From the NCBI GenBank assembly GCA_963530525.1, contig CAUSEA010000005.1:4269-68268 (forward strand): DNA of 64,000 nt, in the 5' to 3' direction. Shown here one piece after another: positions 1 to 10,233 of the stretch (the first letter of the stretch is position 1; each line of letters opens with the position of its first letter). The translations under genes and the position numbers were made by a program. Source of the stretch: an uncultured Campylobacter sp. (lineage in GTDB: Bacteria > Campylobacterota > Campylobacteria > Campylobacterales > Campylobacteraceae). The notes beneath the pieces are model-generated. The model was given only the letters and a program-made list of their open reading frames with translations, ran no database searches and was not told the DNA's origin.

Positions 1-317
1 TCGCTTTTCGCAAAAACGTCGTAAATTACGAACAGACGCTCTCTAACGCTACGAATGAGGTGCTAAATTTATATAGAATTTACCAGATCAATCTGGCTAG
101 CCTTAAAAATTTAAGTGCCGCTTATGACGAAAAGGCGCGTATTGCCGATCTTTACGCTGCGAAATACGAAGCTGGCTCAAGCGAGCTAAAGGATATGCTA
201 GAAGCCCGTACCGACGCCGTAAACGCTAAGATAAACGAGCTAAATCAAAGATATTTGACGCTTCAAAATGAGGCGGCGATCTATCGCGCGATGGCAGGTA
301 AATTTAAACGCAAATGA
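1..317 (+). CDS. TolC/outer-membrane efflux family protein, 3' partial
   Basis: Frame is open from the window start (AFRKNVVNYEQTLSNATNEV...). KYEAGSSELKDMLEA...IYRAMAG resembles an OEP C-terminus. Confidence 0.7.
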   Translation, partial: AFRKNVVNYEQTLSNATNEVLNLYRIYQINLASLKNLSAAYDEKARIADLYAAKYEAGSSELKDMLEARTDAVNAKINELNQRYLTLQNEAAIYRAMAGKFKRK

Positions 318-667
318 AAAAGGCTTTGATATTTTGGTTGCTTTGCGGTGCGATATTTGCTGATTGTACGGCACTAAGAGCGCAAGATGACTCAGTAAGC
401 TTTGGTGCCAGCGCTTACGTTGCGAACGATAAACAATCAGAATTTGAGAAAAACCATAGTGAAATTCTGCTAAATCGTCAAAAAAATGAATTAGATAGGC
501 AAAGCTTGCAAAATAATTTGCAACGTGAATCAAAAGGTGTAGGCGACCACGATGATTTTTCGATGAAAAAACAGCCAATGCAAGATATCAAGGAGCGAAA
601 CAATAAAAATGAGCAAGACTTAAAACTGCGCCGTAAAAAGCTGCAAGGCGACGTTTATCGGCGCTAG
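314..667 (+). CDS. hypothetical exported protein
   Basis: Signal-peptide-like N-terminus; overlaps the upstream stop (ATGA). Confidence 0.5.
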   Translation: MKKALIFWLLCGAIFADCTALRAQDDSVSFGASAYVANDKQSEFEKNHSEILLNRQKNELDRQSLQNNLQRESKGVGDHDDFSMKKQPMQDIKERNNKNEQDLKLRRKKLQGDVYRR

Positions 668-742
668 GGCTGCTTTTGTTTATCGGTTTTTAAGTAAAGT
701 TTCTATAAAATCTCTGCTTTACATTTTCTTAAAGGAACAGTT

Positions 743-877
743 ATGAAAAGAACGTACCAACCTCACAATACCCCTAAAAAGCGCACTCACGGCTTTCGCG
801 TCCGCATGAAAACAAAAAACGGCCGCAGAGTTTTAAGTGCAAGACGTGCTAAAGGCAGAAGAAGATTGGCTGCGTAG
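743..877 (+). CDS. rpmH: 50S ribosomal protein L34
   Basis: Translated by hand: [52 protein letters not shown]; canonical position before rnpA. Confidence 0.97.
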   Translation: MKRTYQPHNTPKKRTHGFRVRMKTKNGRRVLSARRAKGRRRLAA

Positions 878-1200
878 GCGAATTCGCTGCGATAAGCGAC
901 AGTAGAGTTTTTTCGGATGTTTATAAAAACGGGGCGAAGTGGCATTGCGAATGCGCCGTCGTCTATTTTTTGGCTAGCGAGCAGCGTAAATTTAGCGCGG
1001 TCGCCAGTAAAAAAATAGGCAACTCGGTCACGCGAAACCGCGCCAAAAGACGTTTGCGCGCCGCGTTTTATAATCAGCAGAATTCCATCGATAGCGGCAT
1101 TTTTATACTGATCGCGAAAAAACAGATGATTGATATGAGTTTTAGCGAGCTGGAACGAAATTTAAAATGGGCGTTTAAAAAGATCGGCGCAGTAAAATGA
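865..1200 (+). CDS. rnpA: ribonuclease P protein component (start uncertain)
   Basis: [21 protein letters not shown] motif. The frame extends upstream of the ORF-track start through [12 protein letters not shown]. Confidence 0.9.
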   Translation: MGCVGEFAAISDSRVFSDVYKNGAKWHCECAVVYFLASEQRKFSAVASKKIGNSVTRNRAKRRLRAAFYNQQNSIDSGIFILIAKKQMIDMSFSELERNLKWAFKKIGAVK

Positions 1201-1550
1201 AGAGATTTTTTATAGCCGTGATCGGGTTTTATCGAAAATTTATTTCGCCTTTGCTGCCACGCTGTTGCCGTTATTATCCGAGCTGTTCGGAATACGCGCT
1301 TTATGAGTTTAAGTTTAACGGCGTCTTTGGCGCGCTCTGTGCTGTAACGGCTAGAATTTTAAGGTGCAATCCGCTCTTTAGCGGTGGCATAGATTATCCG
1401 ATAATCGCGCGAAATTTCAAATTTTGCGTATTTTCAAAAGTCTGCGAAGGCGGCTTTAACGCGCGCGCGCAGAAATTTAAGCTTTGGTTTATACCATATA
1501 AAAAAAATAGATATTACGTCATACGACTAGGAGAAAATAGTGCTAGATAA
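1197..1550 (+). CDS. yidD: membrane protein insertion efficiency factor
   Basis: YRKFISPLLPRCCRYYPSCSEYA...RILRCNP...GGID motif; synteny. Confidence 0.93.
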   Translation: MKRFFIAVIGFYRKFISPLLPRCCRYYPSCSEYALYEFKFNGVFGALCAVTARILRCNPLFSGGIDYPIIARNFKFCVFSKVCEGGFNARAQKFKLWFIPYKKNRYYVIRLGENSAR

Positions 1551-3126
1551 ACTTCCTCAATCAAAGCGCCTTGCTATCGCAATAGCAACTGCGCTCATAT
1601 TTTTTGTAGCTTACGATCATTTTTATTTATCAAAAATTCGCGCCGCAATGGAGGCAAACGCAACCGCGGCGCAAATCGCTCAAAAAAATGCTGCCAAGTC
1701 CGCTCCGCAAACTTCCGCCGATGGCGTGAGCGCGCAGGGAGCAAATTTAAATACCGCGAATTCCATCTCTGCACCGTTAGTGCGCGTGGTTGGCAAAGAG
1801 GCAAATTTTACGATCGACGGACTTGGTCGCATAAGCTCGTATATACTAAATGATGCTAAATTCCGTGACGAAAACGGCGATGCGATAAATTTGATCGATC
1901 CTAAATCGCATTCCAAGCCGCTTGAGATACGCTTCGAGGATGCGGCGCTAAAGGCTAAAGCCTTTTCTACCCCTTATAGGGCCTCTGCCGCGACGCTAGA
2001 TCTTAGTAGCGGCGAAAAGAGCGTCGTTTTGACGCAGGATTTAGGCGAACTTACGATAAGTAAAAATTTGGCCTTCTATCCGAACGGCAGCTACAAGCTG
2101 GACGTGAAACTGAGCAAAAACGCAGCTTATTTCATAACCCCCGGCTCGCGACCGAACGTAGTCGCCGATAGCAACACCATCCACGGCGTCGTGGTTATGA
2201 AAGACGACGAGAAGTTGGAAATTTTTGAAGACGGCGACGTTAAAGATAATAAAAAAATCGCGAAGGCACTCTTTGCGGCGGCTTCGGATAGGTATTACAC
2301 GACGCTGTTTTACGGGCGGGGGCTGGATACCACCGTGACCGATAGCGATAAAATTTCACAGGTTCTTATCAGATCAAACGGCGAGTTTAGCGCGGCAGGA
2401 TACATCGGACCGAAGGATTATAAAATTTTAAATTCTATCGATCCTAAACTTACTAAAGTGATCGAATACGGCCGGTTTACCTTCATCGCCCGCCCGATGT
2501 TTAATTTCCTAAACTGGCTGCACGGCTATATCGGCAACTGGGGCTGGTCGATCGTCGTGCTTACGCTCATCATCCGCCTAATCCTATTCCCGCTAAGCTA
2601 CAAGGGAATGCTATCTATGAACAAGCTAAAGGATCTGGCGCCTAAGATGAAGGAGCTTCAGGAGAAATATAAGGACGATAAGCAAAAGCTGCAGATGCAT
2701 ATGATGGATCTGTATAAGAAAAACGGCGCCAACCCGATGGGCGGCTGCTTGCCGATCCTACTTCAGATCCCGGTATTTTTCGCGATCTACCGCGTGCTGC
2801 TTAACGCGATCGAGCTAAAGGGCGCGGAATGGGCGCTATGGATCCACGATCTGTCGCTTAAAGATCCATACTATATCCTGCCGATTACGATGGGAATTTT
2901 GATGTTTTTGCAGCAAAAGATTACGCCGACTACATTTACCGATCCGATGCAAGAGAAGATGATGAAATTCTTGCCGCTCATTTTTACGGTATTTTTCGTA
3001 ATGTTCCCTGCGGGTCTTACGCTATATTGGACGGTCAATAACTTCTGCTCCATTATCCAGCAATATGTCATTAATAAAGCCTTTGCTAGGCATAAACAAG
3101 CTCAAATAGCGGAGAAAAAATCATGA
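1540..3126 (+). CDS. yidC: membrane protein insertase
   Basis: GNWGWSIVVLT, NPMGGCLPILLQIPVFFA and PAGLTLYW motifs. Confidence 0.97.
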   Translation: MLDKLPQSKRLAIAIATALIFFVAYDHFYLSKIRAAMEANATAAQIAQKNAAKSAPQTSADGVSAQGANLNTANSISAPLVRVVGKEANFTIDGLGRISSYILNDAKFRDENGDAINLIDPKSHSKPLEIRFEDAALKAKAFSTPYRASAATLDLSSGEKSVVLTQDLGELTISKNLAFYPNGSYKLDVKLSKNAAYFITPGSRPNVVADSNTIHGVVVMKDDEKLEIFEDGDVKDNKKIAKALFAAASDRYYTTLFYGRGLDTTVTDSDKISQVLIRSNGEFSAAGYIGPKDYKILNSIDPKLTKVIEYGRFTFIARPMFNFLNWLHGYIGNWGWSIVVLTLIIRLILFPLSYKGMLSMNKLKDLAPKMKELQEKYKDDKQKLQMHMMDLYKKNGANPMGGCLPILLQIPVFFAIYRVLLNAIELKGAEWALWIHDLSLKDPYYILPITMGILMFLQQKITPTTFTDPMQEKMMKFLPLIFTVFFVMFPAGLTLYWTVNNFCSIIQQYVINKAFARHKQAQIAEKKS

Positions 3127-3878
3127 TAATTGAAGCAGAAAATTTAAAAGACGCATATAATAAAGCAGCAGCTGAGCTAGGATGCTCGGTAACGCAGCTT
3201 AACGTGCGCGTGCTGCAGCATCCAAGCGGTGGATTTTTGGGCTTTTTTAAAAAAAATGCTATTATAGAAGCGGTTTTGGAAGGGGAGAAATTTAGCGAAA
3301 ATCTGGAATTTATCGCCCCGCAAAATAAAGCCGGCAAAGCAGAGAAAAAGCAGGGCGACAAATCAGAGCCGCAAAATCCGCGCGCTACGCATTCTAAACA
3401 TCGCAAAGAAAAGCAAAAGGGCGTTGTGACGGATGAAATTCTATCCGATATCAAAGAGAAACTATCTGCGCTTTTTAGATCAAGCGAGTTTAATATCGAA
3501 GTTAGCGATGTTAGCAAAATCGACGAAAATACCGTCTATATCAAGCTGCAAGGCGAGGATAGCGCGCTTTTGATAGGCAAAGAAGGACACCGCTACAAGG
3601 CACTTTCGTATATGATTTATAACTGGATCAGCATTAGATATGATCTTGCTGTGGTTTTTGAAATCGCGGAATTTTTACAAAATCAAGAACGATTTATCGA
3701 TTCTTATGTAAATGCGCTCGTGGAGCGCTCTGGAAATGAGCGTATCGTCACGAAGGCTTTTGATGGCGCATTTATCAAAATTGTAGCCGATAAGCTAAAA
3801 CAAGCATATCCGGATCGTTTCGTGGGTATCAAATCCACGCGTAGCGGCAAAATCGTCATCGTAGACGAAAAAAGCTAA
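3123..3878 (+). CDS. jag: Jag/KhpB RNA-binding protein
   Basis: Jag_N ([10 protein letters not shown]) and KH-like LLIGKEG; synteny. Confidence 0.85.
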   Translation: MIIEAENLKDAYNKAAAELGCSVTQLNVRVLQHPSGGFLGFFKKNAIIEAVLEGEKFSENLEFIAPQNKAGKAEKKQGDKSEPQNPRATHSKHRKEKQKGVVTDEILSDIKEKLSALFRSSEFNIEVSDVSKIDENTVYIKLQGEDSALLIGKEGHRYKALSYMIYNWISIRYDLAVVFEIAEFLQNQERFIDSYVNALVERSGNERIVTKAFDGAFIKIVADKLKQAYPDRFVGIKSTRSGKIVIVDEKS

Positions 3879-3880
3879 TC

Positions 3881-5629
3881 GTGAGCGAGACTATCGCCGC
3901 TATCGCTACGGCTCACGGCATCGGCGGAATTTGCATAGTTAGAATTTCAGGCGAGGAAGCGCTATCTATCGCTCTAAGCCTTTCACATCGCAGCTGTTTG
4001 CGACTTCGCTATGCCACGCTTGTGAATCTTTTTGACGAGAGTGGCGAAGCGTTCGGCGAGGCGATTTTGATATATTTCAAGGCTCCGCATAGCTTTACCG
4101 GCGAGGATGTCGTAGAAGTGCAGACCCACGGCGGCTTTACGGCTTCGTCCTTGGCATTAGATGCCGTGCTGGCTCTGGGCGCGCGCATAGCAAATCCGGG
4201 CGAGTTTAGTAAGCGAGCGTTTTTAAACGGCAAAATGGATCTTAGTAAAGCCGAAGCCATAAGCGATCTTATAAATTCGCGCTCGCAAAGTGCGGCTAAA
4301 ATTTTAGCTAGAAACCTGCGCGGCGAGCTAGCAGACTTCGTCGCAAATCTGCGCGTGGCTCTGGTTAAGACGCTAGCTTTTGTCGAGGTTTGCATCGATT
4401 ACGCGGAGGACGATCTGCCTTCTGACGTGCTGCAAAACTCGCAAGAAATGCTTAGTCAAAATATCGCTTCGCTAGAAAAAATCACTCGCATTAGCCGCAG
4501 CCGCAAGGGGTTGATCGAGGGCTTTAAAGTAGCGATTGTGGGTAAGCCCAATGTCGGTAAATCAAGCATTTTAAATTCCATGTTGAGCTTTAGTCGCGCT
4601 ATCGTGAGCGACGAAGCAGGCACTACGCGCGATCTCATCGAAGAAAGCTTGCAAATAGGCACTCATCTAATCCGTATAGTCGATACTGCAGGTATCAGAC
4701 ACGGCGGCTCAAAGCTCGAAAGTATCGGCATTTCATATTCGCTTCGCGCTGCAAGCGAGGCAGACGTGATTTTGGCGGTGTTTGACGCAAGCCGCGAATG
4801 GGATGCCGAGGACGCGCAGATCCTAAAAATATTGCGCGAACAAAAAGGCAAAAAAATCATCTACGTTTTAAATAAATGTGACTTGCCGCGTAAATTTCAT
4901 CCTAGCGTGGAGGATATTGGCGATGATTTAGAGGCTTTTTCTGCAAAAAATTTCGCAGCCGGAAATCCCATATTAGAGAATTTCGCAGCCGAAAATTTAA
5001 AACAAAGTCAGACCTGCGACGCTTCTTTAAATTCCTGCGCGCAGAATTTAAAAGCTAAAAATTTAAAGTGTGACTTAAGCGCGCAAAATTCTACTTCCAC
5101 AAATTCCGCGCCTACAAGCCAAACAGCTCTTGCGAATTTTATAAATCTGATGGAGCAGAATTCCGCCGCAAAAGCGGGGCTAGCGTCGCCCAATACCGAG
5201 CGCGCTACTGCAAGCTGTGCTGCGGAGAATTTTACGAAAGATGATTCCAAACAAAATTCTGCAAATTCCATCGCGCCTAGTAGCTCTGCAATAAATTCCG
5301 CTGGGCAAAATACCCAGGCAAATTCCATTTTTACGCCACTTGAAATTTCTGCAAACGAGGGCGTGGATCAAATTTTAACCGCGCTGCAAAGCTACTTAAA
5401 TTCTCAAAATTTCGATGGTCTTATGCTAAGCAATGAGCGGCAAATTCTATCTTGCGAGAGCGCGCTTGCGGCTCTTAAAAATGCGAGCGAGCGTCTAGCT
5501 TGCGGCGAGCTTGAGCTTTTTGCATTTGAGATAAATCGCGCGATTGAGGCGATTGCACGTATTTCGCGTCCATTTGAGCGAGATGAAATTTTAGACGAAA
5601 TGTTTAGCAATTTTTGCCTCGGCAAATAG
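3881..5629 (+). CDS. mnmE: tRNA modification GTPase with an internal low-complexity insertion
   Basis: [29 protein letters not shown] and C-terminal FCLGK. Confidence 0.96.
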   Translation: MSETIAAIATAHGIGGICIVRISGEEALSIALSLSHRSCLRLRYATLVNLFDESGEAFGEAILIYFKAPHSFTGEDVVEVQTHGGFTASSLALDAVLALGARIANPGEFSKRAFLNGKMDLSKAEAISDLINSRSQSAAKILARNLRGELADFVANLRVALVKTLAFVEVCIDYAEDDLPSDVLQNSQEMLSQNIASLEKITRISRSRKGLIEGFKVAIVGKPNVGKSSILNSMLSFSRAIVSDEAGTTRDLIEESLQIGTHLIRIVDTAGIRHGGSKLESIGISYSLRAASEADVILAVFDASREWDAEDAQILKILREQKGKKIIYVLNKCDLPRKFHPSVEDIGDDLEAFSAKNFAAGNPILENFAAENLKQSQTCDASLNSCAQNLKAKNLKCDLSAQNSTSTNSAPTSQTALANFINLMEQNSAAKAGLASPNTERATASCAAENFTKDDSKQNSANSIAPSSSAINSAGQNTQANSIFTPLEISANEGVDQILTALQSYLNSQNFDGLMLSNERQILSCESALAALKNASERLACGELELFAFEINRAIEAIARISRPFERDEILDEMFSNFCLGK

Positions 5630-5688
5630 CGTTTTAGCTACTAATTAGCCAAAATTCAATATAATCTCGCATTTAAAACGAGGTCTTT

Positions 5689-6570
5689 ATGAAGGAAAAA
5701 ATCCAATATTTTTTGGCGCTGGGTCTGATAAAATTTGCAAAATTCGCGCCGAAAAGCTTCATATTCGCATTTTTCGACAAGCTCGCACTTTTTGCATCGT
5801 GGAAGCTTAGCAGGCGCGTTAAAGTCGCGCAGGATAACCTTCGCGCCGCCTATCCGCAAAAAAGCGAAAGTGAGCTTCACGCTCTTGCGATCGAGAATTT
5901 TCGCAGTATCGCTAGGACGCTTACCGATACGCTTTTATTTTACAATGGCAGACTAAAATTTGATGATCTGATTTCAAACGGCGAGCAGGCGCTAGAGCGC
6001 GTCCGAAAGCTAAAAGGTGATAATCCGCACGGGATTTTATTTTTTACAGCGCATTTTGGAAATTGGGAAATTTTAGCCAATTTTTTCGGCGCCAACGGCT
6101 TTCCCGTCTCGGTAGTCGGGCGTCGCAGCGATAATGAGTTGATCGAAGAGCGGCTAGTGGCGCCGTTTCGTGAGCGCTACGGCAACGACCTCATTTACAA
6201 GGACGATGCGATGCGCAGGCTCGTGCAGGCGCTAAAGCAGGGGCGCAACGTAGGCATTCTGCCCGATCAAAAGCCGGGCCCTAAAAACAGCCTGATTACG
6301 ACTTTTTTTGGACGGCAGTGCTACACCACAAAGACCATCGCGTCGCTTTATTTGAAATTTCATCCCGTGCTGATCCCGATCTTTGCGCGGCGCGGCGCGG
6401 ATGATCGCTACGAGATTGTGATCAAGGATTTTCCGCCGCTACCTGAAGGGCTAAATAAGGACGAAGCCGAGCTGTTTATCACGCAAAAGTGCAACGACAT
6501 TTTCGAAGAGGTCGTGCGAACCGCGCCGCAGCAGTGGTTTTGGATACACAAACGATGGAAGATGGACTGA
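5689..6570 (+). CDS. lipid A lauroyl/late acyltransferase (LpxL/HtrB family)
   Basis: AHFGNWE, LPDQ and PQQWFWIHKRWK motifs. Confidence 0.9.
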   Translation: MKEKIQYFLALGLIKFAKFAPKSFIFAFFDKLALFASWKLSRRVKVAQDNLRAAYPQKSESELHALAIENFRSIARTLTDTLLFYNGRLKFDDLISNGEQALERVRKLKGDNPHGILFFTAHFGNWEILANFFGANGFPVSVVGRRSDNELIEERLVAPFRERYGNDLIYKDDAMRRLVQALKQGRNVGILPDQKPGPKNSLITTFFGRQCYTTKTIASLYLKFHPVLIPIFARRGADDRYEIVIKDFPPLPEGLNKDEAELFITQKCNDIFEEVVRTAPQQWFWIHKRWKMD

Positions 6571-7976
6571 TGGCGCGGCAAATTCTAAGAGGCGAGAGCA
6601 GAAACAGCGTCACGAGGAATTTATCCGCGCCGCAGAGCTCGCGCCTCTTTGCAAAAGAGCAAAGCGTCGTGAATTTAGGCGCCGTCGCGCGAGAAGGTAA
6701 AATTTTAAATCGCGAAAATTTTGTAGCGATCGCTGTCGTCGCGCGAGCAGGCAAAAATTTAGACCTCAAAAATTTCATATCGGTTTGCGGCAGCCCCTCT
6801 TGCGCTTTGCGGCGCGAAAATTTTAGAGGTAAAAATTTAAGATCCGACGCCTCAGATTGCGCGTGGCACGCAAGCACAGGATCGCTAAATTTTAATAGCG
6901 AAAGCTCCGCTGCAAATCCGCCCACCGCTAAAAATCCGTATCGAAAAGCACTCATCTTAAGCGACGGTCGCAAGGGGCACGAGAACCAAAGCATCGCATT
7001 TTGCGAGCTAAGAGGTCTTGAGTTTTGCATTTGCAAGATCGCTTACGCTAACAAGCTTCTTAAGCTTTGCTCCTACGCGCTTGATTTTTTCGGGCTTTAT
7101 TTCAAAATTTTTAAGTGCGACCTCGGCGAGAGTGGCATGGCGGCGGACCGCAAAAATGGATCGAATTTAAGTAGTTCCGCTCTAAACAGCTCCGTCGCGT
7201 CAGATAGTGCAAATTTAGATGCCGCGCCGAATGGCAGAAATTTAGACGCCTCGGCAGATCGCAATTTAAATTTCGCAGATTTCGATCTGTTCGTAGGCGC
7301 GGGCTCTACGACCTATTACGCGCTAAAATTTTACGCGCGCAGATACGCTAAGCCGAGTATAGCGCTAATGTATCCGAAGGGCTACCGCAAGGATTTTAGC
7401 GTCATCATCGCAGGCGCGCACGATCGCCCAAAGCCGCGCGCAAATCTTAAAATTTCGCCAGTCTCGCTTAGCTTTTCGCGCCCGCAGGGGCTGTACCGGC
7501 CGCAGCGCAAGGCGGTAGGATTTATCATCGGCGGGCCGAATTCCTGCTTTGAGATGGGGGATGAAATTTTAAAGCAGATCGAGGGCGTAAGAGCGCAGTT
7601 TGCGGACTGGGAGTTTGCGCTAACGACCTCTCCGCGCACGCCGAGGGCTACCGAGAGTGCGCTAGAAAAGCTCAGCTGGGATTACAGCGTGATTTATAGC
7701 CGCGAGCCCGTAAATCCGATCGGCGATTTTTTGGCGCAGTGCGAGTGGGTCTTTATCAGCGAGGACAGCGTCTCGATGATAAGCGAGGCCGTATCTAACG
7801 GGAGTGCGAGCGTAGCCATTTTGAGTTTAAAACGCAAAGTCGCTCATAATAAATTTAACGATTTTATAAGCGCTCTCGTTTCTACTGGGCATGCTAGGCG
7901 CTACAGCGAGGGCGTGAAGCCAAAAAAGACTGCGAAGTACAATCTTAAGGCGTTTGTGAGGGAGATAAAAATATGA
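6570..7976 (+). CDS. ELM1/GtrOC1-family putative glycosyltransferase (start uncertain; repeat-derived N-terminal extension)
   Basis: ILSDGRKGHENQS, IIGG, TTSPRTP and EDSVSMISEA motifs. Confidence 0.8.
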   Translation: MARQILRGESRNSVTRNLSAPQSSRLFAKEQSVVNLGAVAREGKILNRENFVAIAVVARAGKNLDLKNFISVCGSPSCALRRENFRGKNLRSDASDCAWHASTGSLNFNSESSAANPPTAKNPYRKALILSDGRKGHENQSIAFCELRGLEFCICKIAYANKLLKLCSYALDFFGLYFKIFKCDLGESGMAADRKNGSNLSSSALNSSVASDSANLDAAPNGRNLDASADRNLNFADFDLFVGAGSTTYYALKFYARRYAKPSIALMYPKGYRKDFSVIIAGAHDRPKPRANLKISPVSLSFSRPQGLYRPQRKAVGFIIGGPNSCFEMGDEILKQIEGVRAQFADWEFALTTSPRTPRATESALEKLSWDYSVIYSREPVNPIGDFLAQCEWVFISEDSVSMISEAVSNGSASVAILSLKRKVAHNKFNDFISALVSTGHARRYSEGVKPKKTAKYNLKAFVREIKI

Positions 7977-9049
7977 GGGTCGTGCAAATCCTGCCCGAGC
8001 TGAACGAAGGCGGCGTCGAGCGCGGCGTAGTCGAGCTAAATAGGGAGTTTGCACGGCGCGGCATCGAAAATTTCGTCATCAGTAACGGCGGCAAATTGGC
8101 GCCCGAGATAGAAAACGAGGGCGGCGTGCACGTACAGCTCGACGTTTGCTCCAAAAATATCCTAAGCGTTGCGGCGCGCGTTTTAAAGCTGCGTAAAATT
8201 TTAAGCGAAATTTCTCCCGACATAGTGCATGTCCGCTCCCGCGTGCCGGCGTGGCTGGTTAAATTTGCCCGCCCGCGTGCAAAGATCGTAAGCACCGTGC
8301 ACGGGATAAATTCCGTAAATTTCTACAGCAAAATCATGACGGATGCGGACGCGATCATCTGCCCAAGCGGCTATACGCGCGATCACGTGGTGCGAAGCTA
8401 CGGCGCGGATGCGGCCAAGATCACGATTATTCCGCGCGGCATCGATCTAGAAAAATTTAATCCCAAAAATTTAGACGAGCGCTTCATCGCGGAATTTCGG
8501 CAGAATTTTAACCTCGCGCAAGATGATTTCATCGTCTCCGGCGTTGGGCGCATCACGCAGATTAAGGATTACAAAACCCTAATCCGCGCCGCGGCTTTAG
8601 CAAGCGAACAAAAGCTTAAAATTTTGATCGTAGGCGGCGTGGGGGCGGGTCGCGACGAGTATTTTTCGGAGCTAAAATCGCTCGTAGAGGGGCTTGGTCT
8701 CTGCGAGCGCGTAATTTTTGCAGGCTCGCAGAGCAAGGTGGCCGAGATTTACTCGCTCTCGTCGGTCACGGTAAGCGCTTCAAGCAAGCCCGAGAGCTTC
8801 GGGCGCTCGATGGCCGAGGCGATAGCGCTAAATTGCCCGGTGATCGCGACCCGCCACGGCGGCGCGCTGGATATTGTAAGAGAGGGCGAAAACGGTTATT
8901 TTTTTGACGTGGGCGACGCACAGGCGCTGGCGGGGCTGTTTGCCTCCGCGCGCGAGCTGAAATTTGACGGCTACGGCTACGTTTCGCAAAACTTCAGCCT
9001 AAAGCAGATGGTAGAAAAAACGATAAAGGTTTATGAGAGTTTAATATGA
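7973..9049 (+). CDS. GT4 glycosyltransferase
   Basis: GGVERG, VGRITQIKD and PESFGRSMAEA motifs. Confidence 0.9.
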   Translation: MRVVQILPELNEGGVERGVVELNREFARRGIENFVISNGGKLAPEIENEGGVHVQLDVCSKNILSVAARVLKLRKILSEISPDIVHVRSRVPAWLVKFARPRAKIVSTVHGINSVNFYSKIMTDADAIICPSGYTRDHVVRSYGADAAKITIIPRGIDLEKFNPKNLDERFIAEFRQNFNLAQDDFIVSGVGRITQIKDYKTLIRAAALASEQKLKILIVGGVGAGRDEYFSELKSLVEGLGLCERVIFAGSQSKVAEIYSLSSVTVSASSKPESFGRSMAEAIALNCPVIATRHGGALDIVREGENGYFFDVGDAQALAGLFASARELKFDGYGYVSQNFSLKQMVEKTIKVYESLI

Positions 9050-10233
9050 AAAAATTTTTTTATGAAAACGGCGCGCTTAGCGGCTGGAGGATCACATTTT
9101 TAACGCTGCTACTTCTTTGGTGCGCGTCGCTGTTTTTTAAAAACGCGGTCTATCAGATCTCATTTGCGGCGCTAAATTTACTCTTTTTGGTTCATCTGAT
9201 ATATTTTAAAAACTACGCAATTCTAAGCGAAATTTTGAAAAAAACGAGATTTGTCGCGATTTGCTTCGTCTGTTTAGTGGCGACGCTAGCGATCTCAAAC
9301 CTCCTAAACGAGGCGGTTATCTCAAAAAAGGCATGGCAGAGCACGCTATTTTTCGTGCTTCGATACGGCGCGATATTTTTAGTACTTTGTTATTTTTACA
9401 AGCTCAAATTTTTTGATCAAAACGCCGTTTTTGCCTTTTTGTTCGTGGGGCTTGGAATTTTATCGGCAAGCGTGATCTATCAGCTTGTAAGCAGCACCGA
9501 TGCGATCGTCTTTTCAAGCGACTCTGTTCGCGGAGGTCTTAGCGGAGCGCTTTCGAACCGCAATATTTTAGGGCTTTTTATGGGCTTTGGGCTCTGCCTT
9601 AGCGCGGTGGCGATACGGTGGCCTTTGGCGCTCAAATTTGCGGCTCTATTTTTATTTGCATTTTTTATGATCTTTTCATTTTCTAGGGCGGCGTGGGTCG
9701 GCGCGTTTTGTGCGCTTGCGTTTTACGGCGCGCTAAATTTAAAGAGCCTAAACAAAAAATACCTGCTTTTCACGGTGGGTTTCATCGCTCTTTTTGCCGT
9801 TTTACTTGCGCTTTCGCCGTCGTTTGAGCAAAGGCTAGCCGCGCTATTTAGCGGCAACTCCTCAGGCAGAACCGTGATTTGGAGCTATATTTTAGAGATG
9901 GCGCAGCAAAAGCCTATCTTGGGCTATGGGCTGGGCTCATATATAAATTTGCCAAACTCCCCCGTACTTGAGCACCCCGAATACAACGCGCCGCATAATT
10001 TATTTTTAGAAATTTTACTTTATAGCGGCGTGCTCGGCCTTATCTTTTACGGCGCGATCCTATTTAGCGTTTTTAAGGAGTGCATTCAAAGCAGGCAGTT
10101 TGGGGTTCTCACGCTTCTGATCTATCTTTTGATAGATTGCCAGTTCGATCACGGCGCGTATCTGTCGAAAGAGGCGCTAAGTCTGGCTACGATACTAAGC
10201 TTTTTGGCATATCGCGTAAGGATCGAGCGATGA
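9046..10233 (+). CDS. O-antigen ligase/Wzy_C family membrane protein
   Basis: Multi-TM protein; SFSRAAW, SGRTVIW, PILGYG and PHNLFLE motifs. Confidence 0.85.
   Translation: MKKFFYENGALSGWRITFLTLLLLWCASLFFKNAVYQISFAALNLLFLVHLIYFKNYAILSEILKKTRFVAICFVCLVATLAISNLLNEAVISKKAWQSTLFFVLRYGAIFLVLCYFYKLKFFDQNAVFAFLFVGLGILSASVIYQLVSSTDAIVFSSDSVRGGLSGALSNRNILGLFMGFGLCLSAVAIRWPLALKFAALFLFAFFMIFSFSRAAWVGAFCALAFYGALNLKSLNKKYLLFTVGFIALFAVLLALSPSFEQRLAALFSGNSSGRTVIWSYILEMAQQKPILGYGLGSYINLPNSPVLEHPEYNAPHNLFLEILLYSGVLGLIFYGAILFSVFKECIQSRQFGVLTLLIYLLIDCQFDHGAYLSKEALSLATILSFLAYRVRIER

Noticed and set aside
4892..5337. Intein in MnmE
   Set aside because: No intein splice-junction or endonuclease motifs; low-complexity composition.
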